In this document: piece after piece, positions 1 to 12,330 of the stretch
Position numbering within the stretch: position 1 is the first letter of the stretch
Layout of the letters: the number at the start of each line of letters is the position of its first letter
DNA from: Eledone cirrhosa
Lineage: Eukaryota
NCBI GenBank assembly: GCA_964016885.1
Contig: OZ024756.1
Span: 25,482,001-25,546,000, forward strand
Direction: 5' to 3'
Length of the DNA stretch: 64,000 bases
Notes under the pieces: generated by a model
Told to the model about the DNA's origin: nothing
Database searches by the model: none
What the model saw: only the letters and a program-made list of their open reading frames with translations
Program-made: the position numbers and the translations under genes

Positions 1-348
1 CAGCACACAAGTCATTGATTTCAATGGCTACTGTGCATGACTGGCTTTGAACTGGTTGATCACCCTCCTTATTCTCCTGATTTGGCCCCATCTGACTACC
101 ATCTGTTCCCCAACATTAAAAAACACTTGGCCGAGAACCAGTATTGCAATGATGTTGATGTCATATTTGCTATTGATGACTTTTTTGATCAACAGGATAA
201 AAGCTTCTTCACCAATGGGATCTAAGCACTGCAATGGAAGAAGTGTGTGGACCATAAGGGGAAGTATGTTGAAAAATAAACCTCATTTAATCACATTCTA
301 TGAAAGTATCTTGGTCAGTTTATGAACTTTTCAAACAAGCCTTGTAGC
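1..348 (+). mobile_element. Mariner (Tc1/mariner) transposase 3' remnant with probable right terminal repeat
   Basis: ORF 37-225 contains HPPYSPDLAPSDYHLF, the hallmark mariner motif. The C-terminus WKKCVDHKGKYVEK follows after a stop. Confidence 0.9.
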
Positions 349-659
349 TACCAAGCTCTCTGAGCACTCTCCTCCACTGCTAATTGTCTTACCTAAGTAG
401 CAGAAACTATCCTTCCTTTCTGTAATTGGAAAATGTTTATTTTAATGATGCTTATATTACTATCCGTATGTATGTGCCACATACAGAGTTTACCTTTACA
501 GTTAGTCTGCCTTCTATCCCACTACACCTCTTGTGTATCCATGATTTACATTCTTTACATCGTATAGAGTTTCTACATTATCTTTTCTACATATCGAGCA
601 AGACCAATTTCCTGATGGGATCAGGGTCTTGTCTTCTCTCCTACTTATCAAAACTTTGT

Positions 660-2250
660 TTATTTTTCCTAAGTTTACTTTAATCCCCTTTAAGTCTCAG
701 TTCTGTTTCCAAAGATGAAATTTCTTCTCTAGCTCTTCTATTGATTTAGATGTAAGAACCAGGTTGCCAGCATACAGAAAGTTCCATGGACACCCAGTCT
801 TAAACTCTCCTTTATGGCCTAGAGAACTATAATAAACAGGAGTGGGCTGAGGACTGATTCCTAATGAATACCTACTTCCATATTGAATTCTGCACTAAAC
901 TCATTACCTACTCTCACCTTACTGCCAACTTTTCTGTACATGGCTTGCACTGCTCTCACAAACCATTTTCCTATACCTAGTTTCCTTGGGGACCACCAGA
1001 TGACAGATCGGGGTACTGTCAAAGGCTTACTCCAGATCAACAAAAGCTAGCTTACATTTAGCTAGCAACTTCTCTAGTAGTTGTCTCACTAAGTATAGAG
1101 CATCTGTCGTGCTCCTCCCTGGCACAAAGCCAAACTGCATCTTAAACTTGACTCTTTCCTTAATTAACTGTGCTAAAACTCCATCACATTCATTACTTGG
1201 TCCATCAGTTTTATGCCTCTGTAGCTGCTCCTTTCCAAAGCATCACTATTTCCTTTGTAAAAATTAATGGGCATATAGCTATGCCAGTCATTGGGTATGA
1301 CCCCATTGATTATGCAGGTGACTAGTTTGACTCCTACTCCCCCAGGAGATTTTAGCATCTCCACAACTATCTATGACAGACCGTCAGCTTTATCATATTT
1401 CATCTCCTTGACCTGTCAATTTTGATAGCTAGTCTCTTTTCCTCCCACTCATTCTCCACAGTCATTAATCTCTCATAGTAGCATTTCCATCTCCAGGAAA
1501 GGATTTAGTATTCATAAACATCTGCCTATCCCATTTTCTGACAAGAAGATCTGCAGGGGATCTTCATAGATGTGATCCTTTTATTCTTTACTTAGACCTG
1601 ATTGTGATGCATAGATAGAGATAATTGTTGTCAATCTATTCTAAGCTTGATAATTCTCTCACTTATTCTAATTACTTTAATTACCTTATCTTGGAAAAAG
1701 CAATACATTCATTCATCTCCTCTCAAGCAACTCCACAATTTCTCTAGATTTACCTTTCAGAGTGCCAACATTAAGAGTAGCAGCCCTGAGATGTGTTACC
1801 TGACAGTTGTGGTTAGGTTGTCATTTGGTAGTAGCTTTCGTCACCTGAAATGGAAATCAGGTGTGCAATGGATTGAAAGCACTCAAGGGGTTCTTGCACT
1901 TGGCTATGCTCACCACCCTACTACTGTGCATAACACTAACATAACTAGTGTTAGAGTGAATCTTATATGTTGCGCTTTTCATAGTTTTTGGCAGGTTTTT
2001 TTTCACTGAATGCCCTTCCTATTACCAACTACTTAACAGTTTGGACTGGGTAGAGAGGCTGTTCGATAGGACTTAATGGTTCTTTCACCCCCGTGTCAGT
2101 TTTTATTCTGAGTGACTGCTCTCCTAGACTGGTTGCCTTCACCACGACTGACGAAGTCCACGTTTGCCCCGTGCAGTCGTATTCTATCAGGAATAACTGC
2201 CCTCTAAGATGAGCTGCCTTCCCTGTGGCTTACGGAAACCACTTCTATAA
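660..2250 (-). mobile_element. Degenerate, internally deleted RTE-clade LINE (RT fragments, endonuclease start, 5' UTR)
   Basis: Minus-strand fragments VPRSVIWWS.RKLG and YRGIKLMDQVM match the RTE copies at 15.4-18.9 kb and 62.4-64 kb. NVGTLKGKSREIVELLER is near 1720-1770 and 5'-UTR motifs are at 1990-2250. Confidence 0.85.
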
Positions 2251-2264
2251 ATATAATGTATCTA

Positions 2265-2370
2265 AATAATAATAATATTGAAATTATTGTGTACAGTGCT
2301 CAGGTGCACTACAACTCATCAAAGGTGCATGTATAGTACATAGAATAATGTACAAATGTCAGGAAACATT
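2265..2370 (-). mobile_element. CR1-like LINE 3' end with (ATT)n tail
   Basis: Reverse complement of the same 3' UTR seen at 8130-8310, 14600-14890 and 42010-42200. Confidence 0.7.
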
Positions 2371-2483
2371 TTATGCGCGTGTGCATCTAGGGTGAAAGAG
2401 TGTGATTCTTTGAATTATGTCTATATATTGACATACACTATCACGTGTGTATGTATATATAAGCGGACGTAAAATGATGATGA

Positions 2484-2520
<37 letters not shown>

Positions 2521-4099
2521 TTTGTCTCTTCTTTCCGTCATATCGTTGGCTTTTAAGCACGTTAATCTATATTTGTATGTGGCGACCTTTCGTAATGGAT
2601 AGACAGAATGTAAACAATGAAATCAACATACATACATAGTTGTATATATGAATATCCATACGTATGTGCGTATATCTCCGTTCATCTCGCAGATTGAACA
2701 CTTACATAACATATATGTATATATATATATACACACGTATGTATGTCGATTTCATTGTTTACACTTCTTTTACCACTTACAAAATATCTCCAAACACATA
2801 CAATATAATATATATAAATGCATATATATATATATATATATTCATTCACACATCCATGATGGCCGGTCACAGTATAAAAATAAAAGAATGTGTGATTTAC
2901 GTTATTTCATTCTCTTTCGTGATGCCCCCCCCCCCCCCTACACCAGTATGTTTTTTCTTTATTTCATTCTTCTTTCATATTTGCATTCTGCGGTTTTTTG
3001 TTATATTTTTCAATTTCTTCCGGTTTTTCTTTACTCGCAATTTCATTTTACAACAATATAACAATATATATATATAGACACACATATTGTGTATATATAT
3101 TGTATAATCACTTTCCATTTTGCTCTTTGGCAAACTCTTTGACACTTTCCCCTCTCCCCTTCCATCTTTCTTTCTTCTTCATTCTCCCCCCCTCTCTCTT
3201 ACAGTTATTTTAACACTCTCCTCTCTCTCTCTCACACACACACACACATATATATGTATATATATCACACACACACACTATATATATATATATATATCAC
3301 ACATACACTATATATATATATATATATATATCGCCTCACTTAACGACATTTGAAAAAAAAAAAATTTATATGAACTCCTAAATAAGGGGGGGGGGGGGCG
3401 AAAAGAAAGTGTTATTTCTGTGTTATATATATAACTACTATCATTGAAATGGTTTGCGTATATATAATGAAACGGGAAGAAGTGATACTAATGAATAGAG
3501 GGGTGAAGTGGGTAACCTCAATCGTATTGTGTCTACCTATCTACCTGTCTAGCCCTGTTATCGTTTCGATTCTCATCTAAACATGTGTATGTTATTGGTT
3601 GTTGTCAGGCTTCTAACACGTTGGCGATCTTTAACACTTAACTCTCTCTCTCTCTCTCTCTTTCTTTCCCTTCACACACACGTGTGTGTGTGTGTTATAT
3701 TATTAACTCAGAGTAGCAACCGAAAGTAAAGTATAATAATCATTACTTTAGAATCAAACACTCCTCCTTCGTGTTTGTAAACCCACACGTATGGATGTAT
3801 ATGTGTGTGCGTGTATTTATATATACCTGTTATATTTATATATGTATGTGTATGTATGTATATATATGTGTGTGTGTATGCATGAATGCAGTTGAATGTA
3901 TTTCATGTTACGAAAGAGAATGGACTCTCTATATGTAAACACAGACGTATATATATATATATATATATTTAATTCATTACGTTGGTCGGTCCTTAAACTT
4001 TGACTAACGCCATGAATTTAGATAGCGGAATGGTAACTCAGTTAAAGGACGGAAGGGAACTACGATTAAAATAAGGAAGTGTACTCAATAACTAGTAGA

Positions 4100-4890
4100 G
4101 AGAGTACTTTATATATATGTGTGTGTGTGCTCCTGTCTCCCTTTCTGTGTTCGTATATAATCTTTCTTTCACTCACGGCGACAGTATATCTGACAAAACT
4201 CGCCACATACTTCTAGTCTTCGCGGCGACCATCATCACCATTATAAAATCGTTTACCTATCTATCTCTCTCTCTCTCTCCCCTCCGGTTCCTCGCTACCC
4301 CTTCTCTCTCTTTCTCTAATAGATGCATGTGTCCCACTTAAATACACAACCATTATATGAATACATACATACATATAAATAGAGAGAGAGAGTGAACTGT
4401 GCGTGTGTGTGTTGATCTATGGTCAAAAACATTCCAACAACGACCACCTCATCTGTTTGTATGGTTTTGTTTGTTTATTTTATTTCAGGTATCGTGTACC
4501 TAATAGATTAATTTAATCCACTATAAATTTTAGATGTCATTTTTATTAAACGGTAAGGTGTGATTTAAGGGATGTTTGGCTACTATTTTTAGTAAATCGA
4601 GCGACCACGTAGTGATTTTCTCTTGCTGGAAAAGGATGATCTCCCTCCCTCTAACTGACCCACTGGGTACTTGCCCTCTTCTCTCTCTCTCTCATTAACA
4701 AGAAACACACACATTCTCAAACACATTAACATGCGCACACACACACACACACACCCGACATAGTAGTGAAGGAAGGCGAGGAGGGGGTCACAGCAGAAAA
4801 CAGTTGCTTTATTAAAACGGAATAAAATGGTTCTGCTTTGCTGTGTTCTTGTTTAAGTTCCGTCGGAATCTCTGTTGGTAGAATTCCCGT
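4100..4890 (+). promoter_or_regulatory. Candidate promoter / non-coding first exon region of the BBX-like gene
   Basis: Locally CpG-richer than the gene body, with a donor CC|GTAAGT at 4889. The first coding exon (8340) starts at an acceptor, so an upstream UTR exon is required. Confidence 0.35.
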
Positions 4891-7514
4891 AAGTTTCTTT
4901 AAAATCTTAACTTGGTATTTTGCTCTTCTCACGGATGTCATCGTTGTTTCTTTTAAATTAAATTAAATTTCCATTTATGTTATAAAAGCGATTCCTTCGT
5001 TAACTTTTTAAATAAAAAAAAGACAACAGTTGAAATGAAATGAAATATGTATTTCCTGAAAAAACGTAAAGGTGTATGTACATATTATATATATATGTAT
5101 GTGTGTGTGTGTTTATGTACCATAACAGCGGTTCGACAAACAAGAGATCGATAAAATAAGTACCAGACTTGAGAAAAAAATATCGCGGTGAAGGGAGAGA
5201 GGGGGGGGGGTCGACTAAAAATCCCTTTCAAGGCGAATGCCCCAGCATGGTCGGTCACAGTTTAATGACTGAAACCAGTAAAAGAATAAAAGATTTTTAA
5301 TATATATATATATATAAATACCTCTTCTACACACACATATATATATATATATAAATATCTTTTCTCTTTAATCGGTAAACTTTTAATAACGACACAATAC
5401 CAATAATTATTATTATTAAATATTGGTGTTTTTTTTTACTTGTGACAATGGTGGTTTTAGTAAATAAACAAAATTATTGTTATTTTTATACGTGTTGTCG
5501 AAGAAACAAACTACATTGGTCAAAGAATAACTAAAAAATAATTAGTATTAATTGACTACTAACGTTGTGTATATATATATATCTATTGTTTATTATCAGA
5601 AACAATTATTATTTATAACTTTAATGTTGTTATTGATTAAATCGCAATAATTATCTAAATTGAACAAATTCTTATTTAATACCAAGAATTACCACAATAA
5701 TAATAATTGTTGTTGTTGTTGTAAGCCATCATCGTTATTCAAAATACTTGATTTTATTTACTGTTTCTTTTTTGATTTTTTTCAAAATGTTTGTTTCTTT
5801 TTAACATTTCGTCGTCTTGTTGGTTGTTCAGTCTTCGATGTTATCGCTTCTTTAATAAATTATTAACGTTTCGTTATCGTTAACAATCATTACCGTCATA
5901 TTAGAATAATAATAATAATGATGATGGTGATAATGCAATATGTCTAATACAATAAATCTCATATATATATATATGTGTGTGTGTGTAATATTTTTCTTTT
6001 GTATTTATTTAATCGTATAATATATATATACACACACATTATATATATTGTGTGTGTGTGTATACAAACATTTCTGTCTTCTTTTATCACGATGTTCTTA
6101 CAGGAAATTTATAAAGTGTAATGCCATTATTTCAAAACATCACCCAATCTGTCTCTATCACTCTCCTTTCAACGACATTGTTATAAGTTTCATTGCAACT
6201 TTCGTTATTCAACTTAAAACACCTTTCTCATGTTTTCTGCCTACATTAGCTTTAACTTTCTTTATATACACATACATATTACACAGTGTATGTGTATATA
6301 TAATATATATATTTACCAATGTTTGCACACGTTCTCGTTAACGCTCACACACGTATTTAAGTATAACATATTATCACATCATACATATAGTTCGGTTATA
6401 AATTTATAAATGGGAAAATATTTTGAGAATCATAAAAAAAAATCCCCTTTAATTTATAAATAGTTGTTATAGGGATTTTTGTTTTATTTATCATTTACAT
6501 ATGTGAAATATGTTTGTTCTTATACACATTAGATGTATTTAATATTTAATGGATATATACCTTGAAATATATCGTTTGATTTATACGTGTGTATGTTTAC
6601 TGCAAGTTCGTGGTATATATTATATATATAGATATATATATATATGTGTGTGTGTGTGTATGCGAGTTTGTGTGTGTATATTATTACTTAAATTCCCCAT
6701 GTTTTTATTCGTGTTGGTTTATTTTCCCATGTTTAGAAAGCATTTAAAGAAACTTGTGTCTACATTTAATTTTAATCCAAAGTTTATTGTTATTCGTCAA
6801 ATATGTCCAATGTGATGTTTTGTTACAAATAAATATATATGTGTGTGTGTCGGTAAAACTTCATTACTATATATAAGGCCTAATCTTATTCAATTTCTAG
6901 GCAGATGCTCCAGCTGCGGCTTGTCTTGCAAGGTTTACTCTTCACGAACTTTTGCAATGGCCAACTTCAATATGGTGATGACCACGATGGTGGTGCTTGT
7001 GGTCGTCGTCGAGCACTCGTCCAATTTATTTTTGTGAAATAATATATATTTATTTCTTTTACTGTTTTTTAGATTATCATATCGTTCCCCTCCACCACCA
7101 ATATCTTTTTTTTTTTCAAAAACTAGTACTTATTTTACTGTTTTTTGTAGATTCGCTAAGTTTCTTTAAATGAACACGAACACAAACGTAAACATGCGCA
7201 CACACACATATTTATATGTGTACGCGTACGTACATATGTGTGTGTGTGCGAAAAGTAAACGGATAAAAAACACATCAAAACGATACAGTACAATGAGTTT
7301 ATGTATATAAATGTACATATATAAGAAGTTTATCCTTGGCAATGCCTTTTCTTTTATCTTTAACAAAACTAAAGGTATTTCAGTTGACAAGGAACCAACA
7401 CCACCTAATATATACAAAGTTGCTAATTTGTATAACGTTCGACACAAACCAGCATACCAAAACATGTCAAGTTCGAAGAAAAAATATATTAGCCCCTTCC
7501 CAAACCTCCATACT

Positions 7515-7760
7515 TAATTTATCACCCAGTTTAACATCAAACCTGGTCTTTGGGTGGCAGTTTTAATTTGTCACCCATTTAACACCACCTGGTCCTTGGG
7601 TGGTAGATTTAATTTGTCACCTAGCGGGACACCACCACCTGGCCCTTGGGTTGCAAACGTAATCTGTCACCCAGTTTAACACCACCACCTGGCCCTTAAG
7701 TAGTAGAAGTAGTCCATCGTCCGATTTATCACCAACATCTGGTCCTTGGATATCTTTAGC
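7515..7760. repeat. Degenerate ~45-bp minisatellite, about 5 copies
   Basis: Recurring aatttgtcacccagtttaacaccacctggtccttgggt unit. Confidence 0.75.
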
Positions 7761-8129
7761 ACTGTTGAAGGCTTTTAGACGTCTCTGGTTTGAAGGCATC
7801 TTCCTCCTCCCCTCTCACCAGTCATGGAGATCCTGAAAAGTATCGTGGGCACTGCCCTGCTTCCAAACTGACCATCATCATCGTTTTACAGCCATTTTCC
7901 ATGCTGGCATGAGTTGGATGAGTCAAAGAACCATGTTTTCTTATCTATTCCATATTTTGACATCATTTCTACAGCTGGATACCTTTCCTAACACTAACTA
8001 CTTTGCAGAATGTACTGGATGTGCTTTATCATAGCACCATCACTGCCACTTTACTTCACTCTCTTTCTCACTTTCCTTTTCTGTCTCTCTCTCTCTCAAA
8101 ATACAATTTGCTTCAAGATAAACTATACT

Positions 8130-8312
8130 ATAGCTGTCGAGACACTGCATCCTTTAAGGCCTCCATGCTTCCCGAGATCCGCCAACAGAACAGCTAACAC
8201 ATACACACATGTACTTCCCTGACATTTGTGTATTATTCTATGTACTATATTGACGAGTTGTAGTGCACCTGAGCACTTTACACAATAATTTCATTATTAT
8301 TATTTTTTATTA
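8130..8312 (+). mobile_element. CR1-like LINE 3' end
   Basis: SCRDTASFK...EIRQ C-terminal remnant, 3' UTR and (ATT)n tail. Confidence 0.7.
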
Positions 8313-8346
8313 TAATCATTGCAAATTTCTCTGTTGCAGTTAAACC

Positions 8347-8541
8347 ATGGAAGGTCCAGCCGACCGCAGAGAGGCACGGCGCCCTATGAATTCATTTTTC
8401 ATCTTTTGCAAACGACATCGGAGTATGGTTCGAGGTAAACATCCAAATTTGGATAACCGCAGCATAAGTCGCATCTTGGGTGACTTGTGGGCAAATCTTG
8501 GCAAGGAAGAGAAGCAACAATATACAGCAACTGCTAAACAG
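8347..8541 (+). CDS. BBX: BBX-like coding exon 1 (HMG box N-terminal part)
   Basis: Acceptor ttgcag ends 8339; in-frame TAA at 8341, then aaccATGG; donor CAG|gtaagg. Confidence 0.93.
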
Positions 8542-11500
8542 GTAAGGGGTAGTTTTTTACTCATCAAGGTGTGTAACGAAGTGGTTAGCAATGCTCAGGG
8601 TTACAATTGTAAGGTCATGAGTTTGATTCTTGGTGGCATGTTGTGTCATTCAGCATTCAACCTTCATGACGTACACACAGTTTCTTCTCTCTGATTCTTC
8701 TATCATGACATCATCACATCAACAGTCTTCCCTCATTTTGAATTAGTTCCCTGCATATCCCCTGCCTCCAGATGAGAGTTGCAGTATGTGAAGGAAGGAC
8801 TTGAGATATATTAAGGATGAGGGAAAGAGGAGAAATAGATAGATTAGATGGACCCCTCTTCCCTATCAACACAGACTTCTTCTTTCAAACAATGTATATT
8901 CCATTTCTTACATTTTATGCGGCTGTATTCCATGTAAGTCACAATACTCATAAAATGAAACTTTGTTGTTATATTTTCACAATTTAACGTCCATATTTCC
9001 ATGCTAACATGGGTTAGACGAGTTGTTCCATTATGAGACAAGTCAGGTCAGATGACTGTCTTGCTCACACACAGCTGTTCCTGGCTTGCTTTCTATGGCT
9101 GGATGCCCTTCCTAATGCCAACCATATTTACAGTGTGGACTGGGTGCTATTTATGATGACCCCAAAACAACGTCATTTACACCATGGACTGGGTGCTTTT
9201 TAGTCATGGCACCAAAACAACATTTACAGCATGGAGTGGGTGCTTTTTATCATGACACCAAAACAACCACATTGAAAGTGTGAACTGGCTGCTTTTTATC
9301 ATGACACCAAATGACCACATTTATAGCGTGGACAAGCTGCTTTTTAACATGACAGCATGGGCTGGATGCTTTTTATCATGATACCAAAACAACCACAATA
9401 ACAGCAAAGAATGGGCACTTTTTCTTATAACACCAAAACAAACACATTTACAGCGTAGAGTGGGTTCTTTTTAGCATGATAGTATGGGCTGAGTGCTTTT
9501 TATCATGAAACCAAAACAACCAAATTTACAGCAAGGAATGGACGCTTTTTAATATTACATCAAAATGACTGCATTTACAGCGTGGACGATTCACTTTTTA
9601 TTATGACACTCAAAACAACCACATTTACAGTGTGGAGTAGGTTCTTTTTATCATGACTCCAAAACACCACCATTTACAGCGTGGGTACTTTTTATCATGA
9701 CAGCATCAACTAGGTGTTTTTTATCATGACTCAAAAAAACACATTTACAACATGGATTGGGCTCATTTCATCATGACACCAAAAATCACCATTTACAGCC
9801 TGGACTCAGTACTTTTTAACATAATTCAAAGACAACCACACTTACAGCGTGGACTGGGTGTTTTGTATCATGACACCTAAACAACCACATTTACAGCGTG
9901 GACAAGGATCTTGCTATCATGACATCAAAACAGCAACATTTACAAGGTGGACTGGCCACTTTTTATCATACAACAAAACAATCTCATTTACAGCATGGAC
10001 TGGTAGCTTTCTATCATGGCACCAAAACAACCACATTCACAGCGTGTACTCGTTTTTTTTTTATCACAACACCAAAATAACCACATTTACAGCATGGGCT
10101 GGGCGTTTTTATCATGACACAATAAAAACCCATTTACAGCGTGGACTGGGTGCTTTTTATCATGACACCAGAGCAACCACATTTGCAGCATGGACTGGGC
10201 ACTTTTTATCATGATACCAAAAAAAATCCATTTACAGTGTGAACTGGGCACTTTCTATCAAGTACCAAAACAACTGCAATCACAGCGTTACTTTGGCACT
10301 TTTTATCATGACAACAAAACAACCACATTTATCGGATGGAGTAGGTGCTGTTTATCATGACTTGAAAATAACCAAAACAGCACCATTTGCAGCATGGACT
10401 GGGCATTTTTTATCATGCCACTAAAACAATCCCATTTTCAAGGTTGACTGGGTATTTTCTATTATGATACAAAAATAACCATATTTACAGCATGGAGTGG
10501 GTGCCTTTTTATCACGACACCAAACCAGCCCCATTTACAACATCTACTAGGTGCTTTTTCTCAGGACACCAAAACTACCACATTTACACCATGGATTGGA
10601 TGCTTTCTATCACGATACCAAAACAACTACATTTGCACCATAGATTGGGCACATTTATCATGATAATAAAACAGCCACATTTACAAGGTGGACTCTGATT
10701 TTTATCATGACACCAAAAGAACTACATTTACATCATGGACTTGGTGCTTTTTTTCCATGGCACCAAAACAACTACATCTTCAGTGAGGACTGGGCGCTCT
10801 TTATCATGACAGCATGGACTGGGTGTTTTTTTAAAAACAACCTTCTTTACTGTTCGGACTGGGTGCTTTTTGTCATGACATCCAAACAACCAAATTTATA
10901 TTGTGGACTGGGTGATTTTTATCATGACACAAATATTAACACATTTACATCGTGGCCTGGATCATTTTTATCATGACACTGAAACACCACGTTCACAGTG
11001 TGGAACGCGTGCTTTTTGTCACAGCCCCAAAACAACTGCATTTGCATGGACTAGACACTCTTTATCATGGCTGCATGGACTGGGTGCTTTTTTTCATGAC
11101 ACCAGATCAACCATATTTATAGCGTGGACTGTGTGCTTTTATCATGACACCAAAACAACCACGTATAGTGTGTGGTCTGGGTGCTTGTTGTCTATAATTA
11201 ATATTGTAATAACTTACTTTCTGATATATATGTATGTGTGTCTATTGAACAATGTTAGATGATGAGATGGCTCTATAATATTGTGATTAATAATATGAAG
11301 TTGCATAACTACTAATGATTAATCACTTTATCATGATGAATTATCCTTCTGAAACAATTGTAAAACAATGAACTGATTAACCCTTTAGCATTTAACATTT
11401 AAACTGGCCATATCTGGCCAGAATTCTCTCACCTTTTTCTGTTCAAACCAGCTGTAACCAGCAACTCATGTTAAGGTATTGTTCTCAAAATAGATAATAT

Positions 11501-12293
11501 TAAAATTTGATAGATTATGGCGTTCATACTGCAGTGTAGGTGCAACAAAAGGGGTCTTAGTAGAAGTAGCACAGACATGAGTTTTACGGTGTCAATAACA
11601 CGGCAATGTACACAGGGCTCGGATTTGCGCGTGATGAAAGCACAAAGCTTCTACAGGGCACCGACAAAAATTTTAAGGTCCTCCTTATTTCCTCAATCCC
11701 CCGAAACTGGTCCTGCTTAAAAGTAAGTAAGTGTTGTGTCCTCTGTTAAATAAACTAAATTTTTAACGAAATATTTTATGCTACTTACGATGTTTAAGTA
11801 GCGTTTATATTGAAAATGAAAATGGCATGCTAATGAAAATAGCCCAATGCTAATTCATAAATTTCCTAGAAACCATTAATGGAATCGGAAATTTTGTTTT
11901 TGTCCACAGCAATGCGAGGGGACTAATTAATGTGCTGCAAATTTTGAGGAAATCGGCTGGACTATCTTTAAGTTACGCCTCAAAAATGCCTTTAAAATGG
12001 GGTTTTTCGCCTAGGGCAGAAAAAGTTAAAAAATTTTTAGCCCACTGCACTTCAAGAAATATAAGTAATGCATGTGTAAAGTTTGAAAAAAATTGGTCGG
12101 GTACTTCTCGAGTTTTAGGGATTTACACAGACAGACAGACATCCTCTGTTTTATATATATAGAGATAAGGGTCTTTTTTAAAAGAATTGTTCCTCTCATT
12201 TTTTCAATAATGTCACTTTGACGAATCAAAGAAAGGAAAAAAGCAAAACAGACCCTAAAATGTATTTTCTGTGCTATTTCCAACTTCACCTTT

Positions 12294-12330
<37 letters not shown>

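Noticed and set aside
2648-3353. ORFs rich in Y/I/H/T/C/V (also at about 6000, 22500, 31100 and 40500)
   Set aside because: Translations of (TA)n, (CA)n and (TG)n microsatellites.
4489-4552. Small BBX 5'-UTR exon (ttcag|...|gtaagg)
   Set aside because: The donor lies in a dispersed repeat also seen near 45615-45680; unsupported without transcripts.
9849-11262. Multiple ORFs and a possible repeat-spacer array
   Set aside because: Units are contiguous degenerate copies without independent spacers; the ORFs are by-products.
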